Shown here: one piece after another, positions 22,482-35,279 of the stretch | How the letters are laid out: each line of letters begins with the position of its first letter | How positions within the stretch are numbered: position 1 is the first letter of the stretch | Origin: Torpedo marmorata | Lineage: Eukaryota | Reading direction: 5' to 3' | Length of the DNA stretch: 64,000 nt | Assembly (NCBI GenBank): GCA_977017645.1 | Contig: OZ360226.1 | Location: 133,300,001 to 133,364,000 of the forward strand | The notes under the pieces: generated by a model | What the model saw: the letters and a program-made list of their open reading frames with translations, nothing else | What the model was told of the DNA's origin: nothing | Databases searched by the model: none | Translations under genes and position numbers: made by a program

Positions 22482-25195
22482 ATAGTGCAGAACAGTTCCA
22501 TCTCACTCCCAAACGCTCAGCCTTGAGGAACAAGGCACTGAGATCATGCAGAAAAAGCAGAAGATGGAAAACTTCTCATTTTGTTTGTGGAGTTTGAGTT
22601 GCACTAGAGTAATACTGATGGTAATGGTAAATCTTAAGTATCCATGTGATGAAAGCAGTTTTACTCATTAAGATATTGCATTGAAATAATTAACAGCTAT
22701 GTATGTTTGCTTAAGTGGGCTACTGAGCTGGTGATAGAATGTTGGTTCCAGAGCTTAATTTGATGTCATTGGTGTGATGCATGCTAAATGCATATGTATG
22801 AAACCAAAGTGAACTGATAATTGATTAATCTTCCCATGTTTCAAGTTGGCATTTTAAGTTGAGCATTTTTTCCATCCTCAAATTTTGGAACAACTGAAAT
22901 TATTTGTATCTTGTAATTGACCAAAAATGATGAAAGCTTATATAACAAGTTTGCGCAGAAATTGTCACCAAAGACTAAAGTGGTATGGTAGACTTCTAAA
23001 TCTTCCAAAAAAAAACCTGACCAACATCCAGTCTTGCAGATGTCTATTTTCAATTTCCATAAGTTAAATATGTAATATTTCAGCAGTCTTGGTGTTAAGT
23101 TGCATTAAATTTGAGGTTTTTATTTTACTATCTAATCATAAATCTGCACTCTTTGTTTAAAAAAAAAATCTGGTGCTGATTACTGAAGTTATCTAATGCA
23201 CAAGAAGCATCAAATATGTGTAGATTTTAAAAACCGGGCAGGACCAATGGCAGAGTTCTAGAGCCTTGTAAATACAACATTCATACAATTTTAGTGTCAA
23301 AAAAATAAGTACATTTTGTAAGATTTTTTAATCCCAGAGAAATTAAGTGACAAGGTGTTACAAAAATAATTCCAATTGTTTTTGTCTCCATGCAAATATA
23401 TCATGAAATGGTAAATGACCATATTTTAAATGCCTCAATAGAACGAAATCCTGTTCTGGTATATATTGGAGTGCGCACTAATTATTTTCAGTTGTATATA
23501 GTATATAAATAATGTGATTATACATTTTAAGGTTCAATAATTTGTATTAACTATTTCATTTCCTATAAATCTTTGGTTGCTCACTATTGTGTAAAATTAT
23601 TCTTTGTCATAACATTTTGGAATTTCTCCTGCATTGTGTTCACATTAACTTGTACGTCAAATTAAGTAACAATATTTTGCCCGGGAAAAGTATGTTCTGT
23701 GCTCCCGTGCACTTAAACTCACAGTCACAGGTGAATGTAATTTCGGAAGACACTGTTTACAGTTTTTCATTTCTGTTTATGGGTATCAAAGCACACAGTT
23801 TATATGGTTCCCATAAATGGCAGTTTTTTGTAAACATTCCTACTTCCCTGTATTAGTTTCAAATTGAGTAATTAAGTTCAATCAAACCTAATTGTAAATC
23901 TTTGCCTGGCTCCTCCTTATGATACACACCAACCCATGCCTTTGATGCAAGTTTTGAAGCTGTCTGATTTTAAATGTCCATAGCAGAAATGTTTGTAATT
24001 GGAAGATAGATTGGTGGCATTTAATTCAACAGGATCTGAGCGTCTAAGCTACTGATTGATTGTGAGAGTTTACTATATTCATCAAAAATGAATTTTAAAG
24101 TGGCCTGCAAAAACTTTAACCTAGGGTTTAAGACCAGAATCACTGTTTTGAATAAACCAGGTGGACAACTTTCCCATCTTTCACTTGTACAGTACTTAAT
24201 ATTAATATTTTGAAATCCAATGAAGAATGTCTATCTGCTGCTAAAAATAAAACTATTCATCAGAAAACATTCTGTAGCTACTAGAATAATGCTTTTTGAC
24301 ATGTTGCCTCAGGAAATACTGTGGTCTTAACAATTGATGCCATTTCACCCTTGGCATTTATGTATAGATTTCATCAGAGAGGTATAGCATTATGTTATTG
24401 TGGCAAGATGTAAAGTTGTGGGGAACAGGGGTTCAGTCTGATTGGCTTCTAAGTAGATAACATAGTCGTGTAAGTCCAAAGGTACTTTATTTTTCTTTTT
24501 TTAATTTTGTTTTTCTTTAAAGCCTGTTGGACCTAAAAGTACTTCAGTTAATGTCCTTCTATCCCTGCATTAAAACACCGTTTGGGATTCAGAAATAGAG
24601 AAGCCATGTACATTCTGTTGACACATTTTTGCCTCCTCTTCTCTGCCTCCTTACTTTTATCTTTGGAAGGATTGTACACTTAATAGACACTCTATAGTTT
24701 TTAAAAAAGAGAATGCTACAATTAAATAAAAGATGACCCAAATCATTGGTAGAATGAGATATCTAGAATATTGCAGCATTATGCTTTTGTTCCTGTGTTT
24801 GCTCGGGCTTTGTGAAACAATGTTTTGGGTGTGGATTTTAGTGATTAGGAATTGATTTGGCTATTGTATTGCATTTTAGCCATCAGAAATCAGGGGAAAA
24901 ATGTAACCAGTGAATAATGGAATTGATTTGTTTCTTTGTCAAGAAGTTCTTTGGGACACAGCTGAATATTTTGTATATTGCGTCAGAAATTTCTACAGAA
25001 AAAATGTATGTTCTTTGATAGCATAATATTGTATGTGTATATATACAGTATATATATATATTGAAAAATTACTCTAAATTATAAATTGTTGCACTTTTGA
25101 TACTGATTTTTAGGTGTATTTAAGGGGTTATGATACAGACTGTTGTTTAATTATGTTTTTGTCTTACATAAATAAAAATATATAATTTACTGGTC
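22482..25195 (+). other. USP12: Probable USP12 3' UTR
   Basis: AT-rich and free of recognisable mobile elements after the stop codon; ends near an AATAAA followed by T-rich sequence. The end point is inferred. Confidence 0.6.
25171..25176 (+). terminator. Candidate polyadenylation signal
   Basis: AATAAA with upstream TGTA motifs and a downstream T-rich tract; other candidates exist (AATAAA near 24246, ATTAAA/AATAAA near 24721). Confidence 0.5.
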
Positions 25196-25254
25196 TAAGG
25201 ACTGCTTGAATTTTATTTCTCTTTTCAAATGATGGAGAAAATTCCTAAAATCTA

Positions 25255-25337
25255 ATTACATTTTATTGCACAAGATAATGCTTTGTTCTGTTTTATTACA
25301 TTTTATTGCACAAGATAATGCTTTGTTCTGTTTTATT
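25255..25337. repeat. Perfect 40-bp tandem duplication
   Basis: ATTACATTTTATTGCACAAGATAATGCTTTGTTCTGTTTT repeated twice. Confidence 0.95.
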
Positions 25338-26576
25338 TAACCCCTGCTAGAATAACAAGTCTCAACTATAACATTTGCAGTTTGTCACAGTTGTCAAAAA
25401 GAACAAAATTTTGATAAATGTCTTGCTGATGCGAATAGGACGGGAATGTACATTTCATAAATCTCTTTCACTGGCGGTTAAGACACCTGGAATTGCACTT
25501 GTTAAAAGTTTACAGCATACACAAATGCTTGTTGCTTAAATTTATTATTGCTTAGATGTATGGCAGTCTTCACACTTTTGGTAGTTCAAAATGTATAAAT
25601 ATAATCTATTGCATGTACTTTCCACTTTTCAGCACATCATTTGCCATACTAAGTTGCATGATTCGGCTTGCTTTGTAAACAAAGTGGAGTCTGTAGGTGA
25701 TGCAGTGTTGTACTGGAGGAGCTTATTAGACATGAATGCACAATGTGATTTGGTCCCATTTTGAAGTAATACATTTGTAGCAAGAAGGTCTAATTGTAGC
25801 CCAATTATTTGAATTGCGATCATAGTACTTTATGCCAAAAAAAAGTTGACAGGACAGAATTTACAGACAGATTTTAAATCTAGATTTATAATGCAATCTG
25901 TGACCTGAAATTTCTGTTATTATTAACAGACTAATTTAGTATGTAAACATTAATTTTGTAATAACTGGAAACATTTAACAACCAATTAAATTATTCTTTC
26001 AGGTGTAAGATTCTTTTTAGCAATTAAAATTGATTCTCAGAGAAAATTCTTGTTAGCAATTGAAGCGAAGGTTCTCAGTTAGGTTTAAGAACTTATAAAA
26101 ACAATGACGTCCCACTTTTTTTTCTACTGCTTTTTAAAATCTTCATTGATGGCTTACACTTGAATACCTCTCCAAACATTTTCCAGGTGTTACCAGGCTG
26201 GGTAACAATGTCAGAGATTAACAAGTTTCCAGCAGATTGGGTATGTGTATGTGTGGAATTTCTCATATTACATAAATAAACTTTAAAGAGTCATTTTGTT
26301 TTCATTGATAGGATGTGGACAGTGCTTGCAGTTTAAAAAGTTGGGTACATTAGGTGGGTGTGGAGTCTCATGAGGGCCAGACTAGGTAAATGCAGTAGAT
26401 TCTCTTTCCAAAGAACATTAGTGAACCAGATGTATTATTACAACAATTTGGAAGTTCTGAAGTCAAGCATACTGAGATTTTAAAAATTCCAGATTTGTTT
26501 ATTTGAATGTAAATTCCCCAACTGATATGGCAGGATTTAAATGTGTCTCTAGATCAGAAGGGTCAGGGCTCTAGAT

Positions 26577-26760
26577 CAACCTTTTTTTGGGCTATGGCCC
26601 CCTTAGGACTCTGCTCAAAGTTTATGGCCCCCCTTCCCTGTGAAGCAGTTTAGTTGGTTTCTTCCACACTTCTCTCCTACTGACATTAAAAATTATTTTA
26701 TGATTTCAGTCCGTGCCCCCCCCTCCTTAAATGTGTTGTGGCCCCCATTGAGAATGGCTG
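26577..26760. mobile_element. hAT MITE, left TIR partly deleted
   Basis: Homologous to 17283-17484; TSD CTCTAGAT and CTCTCGAT. Confidence 0.8.
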
Positions 26761-28876
26761 CTCTCGATACTAGGTCAGTAACTTTTCTGCCTTGCTGCTA
26801 TGTCCTTGAAATGAAATGTCACCCTCCCTTTTTCAGAAAAAAACCCAAGATTAAATGAGCATTTACTATGCTATGTTAGGGAGGATGTAAATCTCTGCAC
26901 TAAATAACTCATCTGCTCACAAGCAAACTACTTTTCACTGCCAAACTACACATTTGGTGTAATCAAACAATGTGCTGGGTTCACTGAATTCTTCCATCAT
27001 CTCAATGCTTCCTCTTAAAACTTTATTTTGTTTGCTAAAAATTATGAATAGAATCTAATAAATTGCCTCTTGTGATGCAAGCTTCTAGTTGCTGTTTCAA
27101 AAGGGTTTTGAGTATTTTGCAATTTTTCAGCAAGAGGCAGGATAAATTATTCATTTTGTTTGAATTTTCTTGGCATATTTAGATTCTGGGGCCTTCCAAT
27201 TATTTAACAACCTGCATCATTTGGTTTGAATTAATTCACTTGCTACTGCTTGCTAGGTCGTTAGAATCAAAGACATTTGATTTTGAGACATCAAATTCTT
27301 CTAATAACTTGAGTTTAATGAGTCATTATCTTGACCTAAAAGGAATTCATCATATTTTGTACAAAGCTATGGAGTTTTTGTTGTGTATTCTAGATCTAGA
27401 AGTATACTAGCACATGGAGACGTGGTGCTTCATTTATTCTTTATTACTAATCTAAAAATGGTTTCCCGCGCCACACAATATATGTGTTACGATGTCATAC
27501 GCCGGCTTGCGTACCACGCCTGCGTGTATCCACAACACTCTTTTCCCCCCTCACAGAATAAATGTCATTAAACATGCCCATAGTAATAAGAATGCTGAAC
27601 TACAGTGACTAAGGAGTATATATTGTGACTGAACTACAGTAACTAAGGAGTATATATATTGATTGTTAATTCGCAACGTAAATATAACATGCCAAGAGGC
27701 CAAGTCATGGTACGTAGTCCCTCAGACGTTCCGGAGAACGTCGTTGCCTTTTTGATCTTCTTGGCGAGGCCAAGTCCGTCGGGATACTTTGCGGCTTCTC
27801 AGGACTCTTTGCCTTTTCGGGAAAGTCCTCCTCGGGTAGTAGGGACTGGGAGCTTGGTTTCCGATGAGCACTATTCGGAATTTGGGCTGTACTGCTTCCA
27901 CGGCTCTCCTGAGCAACTGACGTTGATGGCGTCTCATCTATTGATGTTATCTCAGGAATGTCGTCGTTGGCCCAAACTGGAAAGTCTCGGGAATCGTCTG
28001 TATTCACGATTGGATCATCTACCGCTCTCAGTTGGTCGATGTGCCGCTTCCATTTGTTAGTTCCCACTTGTATAGAATACGAACAGGGGCTTAGTTTCTT
28101 AATGATGACGCCTCTTATCCAAGTTTCTTTATTGTCTCTGTAATCTCGCACAAGCACTCGTTCTCCCACTTCCAGTGATCTAGTTCTGTCTGTTCAGTCT
28201 AAGGTAGGGGCAAGCGTGATAAAGCATCGGCATGGCCGTTTTGTTTTGCCGGTTTATGTTTCAAGTCGTAATCGTAAGCGGCGAGCACCGTGGCCCACCT
28301 CTGCATTCTTGTCGCCGCTAGCACCAGAATGCCCTTTTTGGGACCCAAGATCAAACTCTGGTTTGTTGTCGGTTACTAAGGTGAATTTCCTACCATACAA
28401 GTATTGGTGAAATCGTTTGATTCCAAATATTATGGCCAGTCCTTCTTTCTCCAGTTGTGCATAATTACGTTCACAAGCCATCAAAGAGCGGGACGCATAA
28501 GCCACCAGTTGTTCTCCTTTTTCCGTGACTTATGACAATACCGCACCCAAACCTACTGGCGAGGCATCAACCACTAGAGTTACTTCTTTGTCTGGGTCGT
28601 AGTAGACGAGCACATTATCGCTTGAGGTCAACAGCTTTCTTAAGCAGTTGAATATCATTTGATTTTGTATTCCAGCACCATTTCTGGTCTTTTAGCAACT
28701 GGTTCAGTGGGTTGCACAGCGTGGACATGTTTGGGATGTGCTTTCGATAATGGTTGACCAAACCTAAGAATGATTGTGATTCGGCTCTGTTTGATGGGCA
28801 GGGTGCTCTGCGGACGGCTTCAGTACCTGCCGTATCCATTCGGACTCCTTCACTATTAATTGTAAACCCTAAATAT

Positions 28877-29717
28877 TCAAGATTCAATTTATTGTCATAG
28901 TAATAACACAGTGTCATATTCCATAAAATTTCTTTTTGCCTGCTGCAAGGCAGACAGATTCGCCACTGGCAGAAATTGCCTAAGCGCCTCTAACATTCCT
29001 TACAGTCAGAGAAAGAGAAGCAAAAGAGAGTCCCCCCAGAGTCACCGAGTGTCCGTAGATTCGCCTCCAGCGCTTCCGCAGCCACACAGAGTCCAGTCCA
29101 AACCATGGCAACCCGAGCTCCAGATCCGGACCTCCGACACGGTCAGGGCGCCCTCAGCACCCTCTCACATACCGGTTCCGATACCTGGTACTCCTCCAGC
29201 CAGTTTGAGCCAGCCTCCAGCAGTCCGCAGCCCGGCGTGAGTCCCCCGACAGCAGTCTCCAGCAGCCCACAGCCTCCGCGGGTTCCTCGCCTCGAGTCGC
29301 CAGCAGCCCGCCGCATGCACTGGTCCTTCAGCCTCAGAGCCCCTCACTGGTCCGCCGCCATGGTCACCGTCCCTTGGGTCGTCTCCTCCGCTTCTCCTTC
29401 TCAGACGGGGGGTGATCTTCCCGTCCTCTGGTGCCCTGCTCCAGTCTTCCACTTCCCCGGAGTCTGCAGCCCCTCGTGACTGCTGCTGGTTAAAAGGTGC
29501 TGCCATCTTGGACGCAGACCCCGTGGTCGCGGGGTCGTAAATAAAACCACCGTCGGCTCCTCAACGGGCCGTTCAAGGCCCGCGCGGAACCGACAGCAGT
29601 CGACTGCGTGGTTGGATCCCGCGGGAGCGCTGTATCTCCGCTCCCCGTGGTTTCGCACCAACGGCAGTGCTGCTGCTACAGCAACTCCGGCAGCGCCGCC
29701 ATCTTCCATATGTTTAG
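28877..29717 (-). mobile_element. GC-rich non-coding retroposon with a Rex1-like tail, inserted in the RT of element A
   Basis: Splits MVPSVTY|LGFTINS; 5' end GGAAGATGGCGGC; 3' end ATGACAATAAATTGAATCTTGA. Confidence 0.75.
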
Positions 29718-29935
29718 TATGTTACTGAGGGTACCATAAATACATATTTGTCTTGGCGTAGCCAGACATCCGCTTGTTGTAGACGGAATAGGACTTTTTC
29801 CAGGTTCGATAGATGCTCTGTGTCGTTCCGTCCTGTAATGATGATATCCAAGTCGTATCCCACATTTATACCGTGCAGTAATTTGTCCATAACTGCTTGA
29901 AATATTGCAGGAGCTGCTGATATTCCACATGGCAT

Positions 29936-31202
29936 TGTGACGGATGTATTAATGTTAATATTTAAAGTTAAGTTATAGAATTATATAGCTTAGTAAGGTT
30001 AGTTGTGGGCTGGTACAGGGTCACACACAGGTCACAGCACATTTGCAGGGAAAAAATCCCCTTACTCAGAGAGAGAGTTCAGTTTGGAGTCGCCGCGTCT
30101 AGGAGGACAACAGCCAGTAATGAAACAGAAGTGCATTTAAGTGAGTTAAAAACTGAAGTGGTTTTTAAAAGCCTTATGATAGCAGCTGTTGCAAACTCAA
30201 GTGCCATTTGAGTGACATATGCCAGACTATTCGGAGTCGTAATCACTTAAACCTCTTGAAACAGAGATGAGTTCAGATGTTTTTGGAAGTAAGTGATTTT
30301 GAAGAAAGGCATGAGGTAATGCTTTCAAAAATGAAACTAAAACTGTGGTGATGTAATGTCACATGATGTCAGAAATATATAATGAAAGCAGAGAGATATT
30401 TTGAAGCAGATTGAACCAGACTGGAGAAACTATGACACTTCGGAAAGACGAAGAAACAGTTTAAGAAAACTGACACTTCGGAAAGATGAAGAAACATGTT
30501 AAGAAAACTCTGACTCTTTGGAAAGACGAAGAAACAGTTTAAGAAAACTCTGACACTTCGGAAAGACGAAGATATAAAGTCTGAAGAACTTTAATATTCT
30601 GGAAAGGCAGAATTAAGTCTGAACAGTGATCTCTGAGTGAGGAGGTGTTGTTTCTGTGTATTATCCTTATAGGAGATACACCATATAAGTGGCTTTTAAA
30701 ATAAGTAAGACCACTTTCAAATTGTTTCTAAGAAAAGAGGACATCAGCATATGTTACTCCTGATTAAGAAAGAAATCATTTTGAAGATTACAGTTCCGTA
30801 ACCCTAACAAGATAAGGGGGAACCTTGTATGAAGACTATCTCTGAAAGACAACTCATCAAAAGACGTGTGAGTTTGAAAGAAATGGAATACTCCATTCTT
30901 TTCATAACATCTGAATCACAATTTAAAAGGGATCCTGAAGTTCAACAAAAGAAGTTGGAAACTGGACTTTAAAAATTGACTTTTTCAGATTTAAGTTTAA
31001 ATTGAAATAGTTTGGACTTTAACACACCCACATTTACATTTGAGCACAGTGGGGTTTAAGTTAGAGTTAAGTTTAGAGATAAGTAAGATATGTTATATTA
31101 TTAATAGTTTAAATAAAAACTATTTTTGAATTTACCATTGTCTGGTGTATATTTCATTGCTGTTCCTTTGTTAGTACTAGCAAGGTTTGTTAGTTCATAA
31201 CA
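29936..31202 (+). mobile_element. Solo LTR inserted in the RT of element A
   Basis: TGTGACG...CATAACA termini; 4-bp TSD GCAT (29932-29935 and 31203-31206); 3' part resembles LTR 12052-12996; internal ~40-bp x4 repeat at 30433-30572. Confidence 0.88.
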
Positions 31203-33384
31203 GCATTCTAGTATATGTGAATAATCCCAAGTGAGTATTGATTGCCACATACTTTTTTTGATGCCTCATCCAATTTGATTTGCTGATATGCCTGTGATAA
31301 ATATAGTTTTGTGAACTTTTTCCCGCCATTTAGGGATTGAAATAACTCCTCTGCTCTTGGCATGGGATGTTCAGGTATTTGCAGAGCTTGATTAATGGTG
31401 ACTTTGTAATCCCCACAAATTCGGATTTCTCCATTGGGTTTTCGGACTGGCACGATGGGAGCTACCCAATCACTATATTGAAGTTTTTCAATGATTCCTT
31501 CGTTTTCCAATCTGTTGAGTTCTGGTTCAGTCTTTCCTTTTATTGCAAAAGGTACTGTCCTTGGCTTATAGAACTTGGGTTCCGCTCCAGGTTTCAATTG
31601 TAACTTTGCCTGGACTCTGATTTTCCCCAGGCCTTTTCCGAAAACTGTTTGATACTTCTTAAACACCTGTGTCAGCTTTGATTTTGGTTCATTCTCAGTA
31701 TACATCTTCAGTACTGACCCGATTTCCATCCAATCCAATTGGATGTATGATAACCAGTTTCTTCCGAACAATGCATGTCCCTTTGTGTCAACGATGACGA
31801 GAGGTAAATCTTTCGCAAAAATCTTTCCTTTATATTCGACGTTTACTTTACATTTACCAAGCACCTTGACTTTCTCCCCTGTGACCGTTTTCAACACCAT
31901 GTCAGACTGTTTCATGATAAGGTTGGGCAATAGTCGTGCTTTCACATTTTTTGGCATTAGAGTCACCGATGCTCCGGTATCCAACTCCATCCGAAGAGGT
32001 TCATTGTTGATTTAACCTCGACATAAATTTCAGATTTCTTATCCCCGACACTGCAGACATGCATTATATCCACTGCCTTTTCCCCCTCGGAGTCATTAGA
32101 TTCACTGCTAGGGGTTCCATCCTTCTCTTCCACATTTTTCACTTTGGGCGGCTGTTTGTTGTATCTTGGTTTCTGTTTTTTCTTTTTTGGCTTATTTTCT
32201 ATTTTCTTTTTTCCTTGGACATCTGGACTTGATGTGTCCCTCCTTGTCACATAAATGGCATTTGGCCTTTTTAAAGTAACAGTTATCAGGGCTGTGGTTG
32301 CTTTCCCCGCATCGGAAACATTCTTGTCGGTTTACTTTTGTCACTAACCCCACTGTAGATAGCTCTCCTTGTATGATATCCATATTTTGGCTGGCCATTT
32401 TGAAACTCAACGCTGTAGCATACGCAGACTTAATGTCTAAATCTTTCTTACTTAGCAATCGTTGTTGGGCATTATGGTCAGCCAAACCCATGACCAATCT
32501 GTCCCTTAATGATTCGTTCAAGAATTCTCCGAACTCTCAATGTTCTGGCAGCCTACGTAATTCTGCTAAGTATTCGCTTATGGGTTCGCCTGCCTTTTGC
32601 TTTCTGGAATAAAATTTGTGTCCTCCTGCAATTATTACTGGTTTGGGGAATAGGTGTTCCCCTATTACTGCGCACAACTCCCCATAAGACTTAGCACTTG
32701 GTCTTTCAGGTGCCAAAAGGGACTTCATAAGTTTAAACATCTTGCTTCCCACTTCACTTAGAAACAGCGCTTGTTTTCTTTTTACTATCGGTGTATCTGT
32801 TATATCATGGGAAAGACAGTACATATTGAATCTTTCAATGTAGTCATACCAGTCTTCTGAGTCATTGTACTCTCCAAAACGGCCTTCCGCCATTTTGAGT
32901 CATTTTTCCCATGTCTTTTCCTTTGTTCTTTGTGTTTGAGCCTGTGGGGCTCACTGCTGTGGTAGGCTTGCGTTTCTTCTTTAAATCTTCTTTCCGATGT
33001 TCGGAGCATAGAGGAAGTTCATTTCGATCCTCGTCACCAATCTGTTGTGTATTCTAGATTTAGAAGTACACTAGCACACGGAGACGTGGTGCTTCATTCA
33101 TTCTTTATTACTAATCTAAAAATGATTTCCCGCGCCGCACAATATATATGTGATATGACGTCATACGCCGGCTTGCGTACCGCGCCTGCGTGTATCCACA
33201 ATAGTTTTAAAAGTATTTTCAAATTATTTGATTTGAATATAGCACTTAAAAATAAGTTAATAGTTCCTATTCTTTAAAGCTATTCAAGTTAATGTTAAGC
33301 ATCTGCTCTTCATAGATAACAAAAATATTTTTTCCAAAATAATTCATGGTAACCTTGTTTACCTCCAATTTTGTAATTTCACAA

Positions 33385-34670
33385 GAGATCTGCAGATGCT
33401 GGGGTGTAGTGCAGTAAACAGAATTGCTGGAGGCCTTGTCATATACATGGAAAGCAATAAGCAGTTGATGTTTCGGACCTGACCCTTTTCTCATGTATGC
33501 AGAAAATCAGGCAGATGCCTGAATAAGAAGGTGGGGGGAAGGGGGAAGAGCACAGGTTGGCAGGGGATGGGTGGATATAGGTAGGAGGGCAAAGAATAGG
33601 AAGGGGATGAGAGCACTGAGAAAGATGCTCTCTGACAGGATAAAGGAAGGGGGTGGGAAATGGAGGAAGGGAGTCAGGGATGAGGGAAAGTGAGAACAGG
33701 AAGAGGAGTTACTGGAAATTGGAAATGTTGATATTGATGCCACCTGGATGGAGACTGCTGAATTTGTTCCTCCAATTTATGTGTGGTCTCAACCTGGCAG
33801 TACATGAAGCCATGAACATATGTCAGTGTGGCAAAGGGGTGTGGAATTGAAATGGCTGACCACTAGGAGCTCCTTGCTGCTGCAGTGGACAGAATGAAAC
33901 TATTTCACCCAATCTGTCCTGTCTCCCTGATGTCAAGGAGGCTGCATCGGGAGCACCAGATGCAGCAAATGACCATTAAAGATTCACAGATCTGAAATCG
34001 CTAAGAAGTGTTGCTTCCCTTGGAAGGACTGTTTGGGGCCCTGAATGGTGGTGAGGGAGGAGGAGTAGGTGCAAGTGCAGCACTTCTTGCAGTCACAGGA
34101 GTAGGTACTGGGGGGTGGCGATTGGTGGGAAGGGATGAGTGAACAAGGGAGCTGAGGAGAGAGCAATACCTATGGAAAGCAGGGAGGGGAGGGGAGGGGG
34201 AGGGGAAGATGTGTCTGATTGGGGTCACTTGTATGTGGCAGAAATTGCAGCCAATGATATGTTGGATGCAGGTGTTGGTAGGTGAGGATGACTGGAACCC
34301 TATCTTTGCAGATGAGGTGGAGAGGGGTGAAGGAGCCAGGCAGATGTGTGAGAAATAGAGGAGATGCAGGCGAGGGCTGCATTGATGGCAGTAGAGGGGA
34401 AGCCATGTTTTTAGAAGAGGACATCTCGGATATTCTGGAATGGAAAGGCTCATCCTGGGAGCAGATGTGGCAGAGTCAGCGGAATTGAGAGAAAGGAATA
34501 AATCCCTAAAGGAGACAGGGTGGGAAGAGATGTAGTCGAGGTAACTGTGGGAGTTAGTGGGTTTATAAAATATGCCTCTTTCCTAAATGGAGACAGATCA
34601 AGAAAGGGGAGAGTTATCAGATATGGACCAAGTGAATTTAAGGACAGGGTAGAAGTTCATGACAAAGTTG
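33385..34670 (-). mobile_element. Penelope-like element remnant
   Basis: Reverse-complement homology to 19310-20575 and 58610-59570 (TTIQGPKQSF motif, C-rich 3' region). Confidence 0.75.
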
Positions 34671-34674
34671 ATAA

Positions 34675-35075
34675 TAAATGCTACACTTGCACCTCCACTT
34701 CCTCCTTCACTACCATTCAGGGCCCCAAACAGTCCTTCTAAGTGAAGTAATGCTTCACCTGTGAATCTGTAGGGGCTATTTACAGCATCCTGTGCTGCTG
34801 GTGTGGCCTCCTCTGCATTGGGGAGACTGGACGCAAATTGGGGATTGCTTGATTTTCGGCATTCCTGAAGAAGGACTGCCTATTGTTTTCCATGGATGTT
34901 GTATGACCTACTGATTTTCTCCAGCACTTTTCTGTATTGTACTAGTTCCCCAGCATCTACAGACTTTTTGTTTACCCCTTGAGGCATACCTGATGAAGGG
35001 TTCCAGCCCAAAATGTCTGCTGCCTATTGCTTTCCATGGATGCTGCAGGACCTGCTGATTTTCTCCAGCAATGTT
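34675..35075 (+). mobile_element. Penelope-like inverted partial copy with duplicated tail
   Basis: CYTCTSTSSFTTIQGPKQSF repeated in the opposite orientation to about 34020-34095. Confidence 0.7.
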
Positions 35076-35279
35076 TTAGACCTGTTCTCTCAAAGTCACT
35101 GGTTTCTGAAGGGATATAGTTTCATGAACCATTTGCAAAAGTACCCTGATGTTGCTGTATTCTCTGAAGATGATGCAGAATTCCTCAAACAGAAGAATTT
35201 TACAAGACAGAAACACTGAAACAGGCCCTTTGGCCCATCTTGTCCACGTAGATAAGTTGTCTATCTCAGTCCCATTTGT

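Larger units (their letters stand above)
27379..33203 (-). mobile_element. Mag-like Gypsy element A (two LTRs, integrase core deleted)
   Basis: LTRs 27379-27537 and 33043-33203; TSD GTTTT; PBS TGGTGACGAGGAT; PPT GGGGGAAAAGAG; gag with two CCHC motifs, protease LDTGAS, RT/RH fragments. Confidence 0.93.

Noticed and set aside
28911-29709. Several 100-125 aa ORFs as a protein-coding gene
   Set aside because: Open in multiple frames and strands because of GC richness; no recognisable domain
30433-30572. CRISPR-like periodic ~40-bp repeats
   Set aside because: Contiguous tandem units with no unique spacers, inside a eukaryotic LTR, and no cas genes
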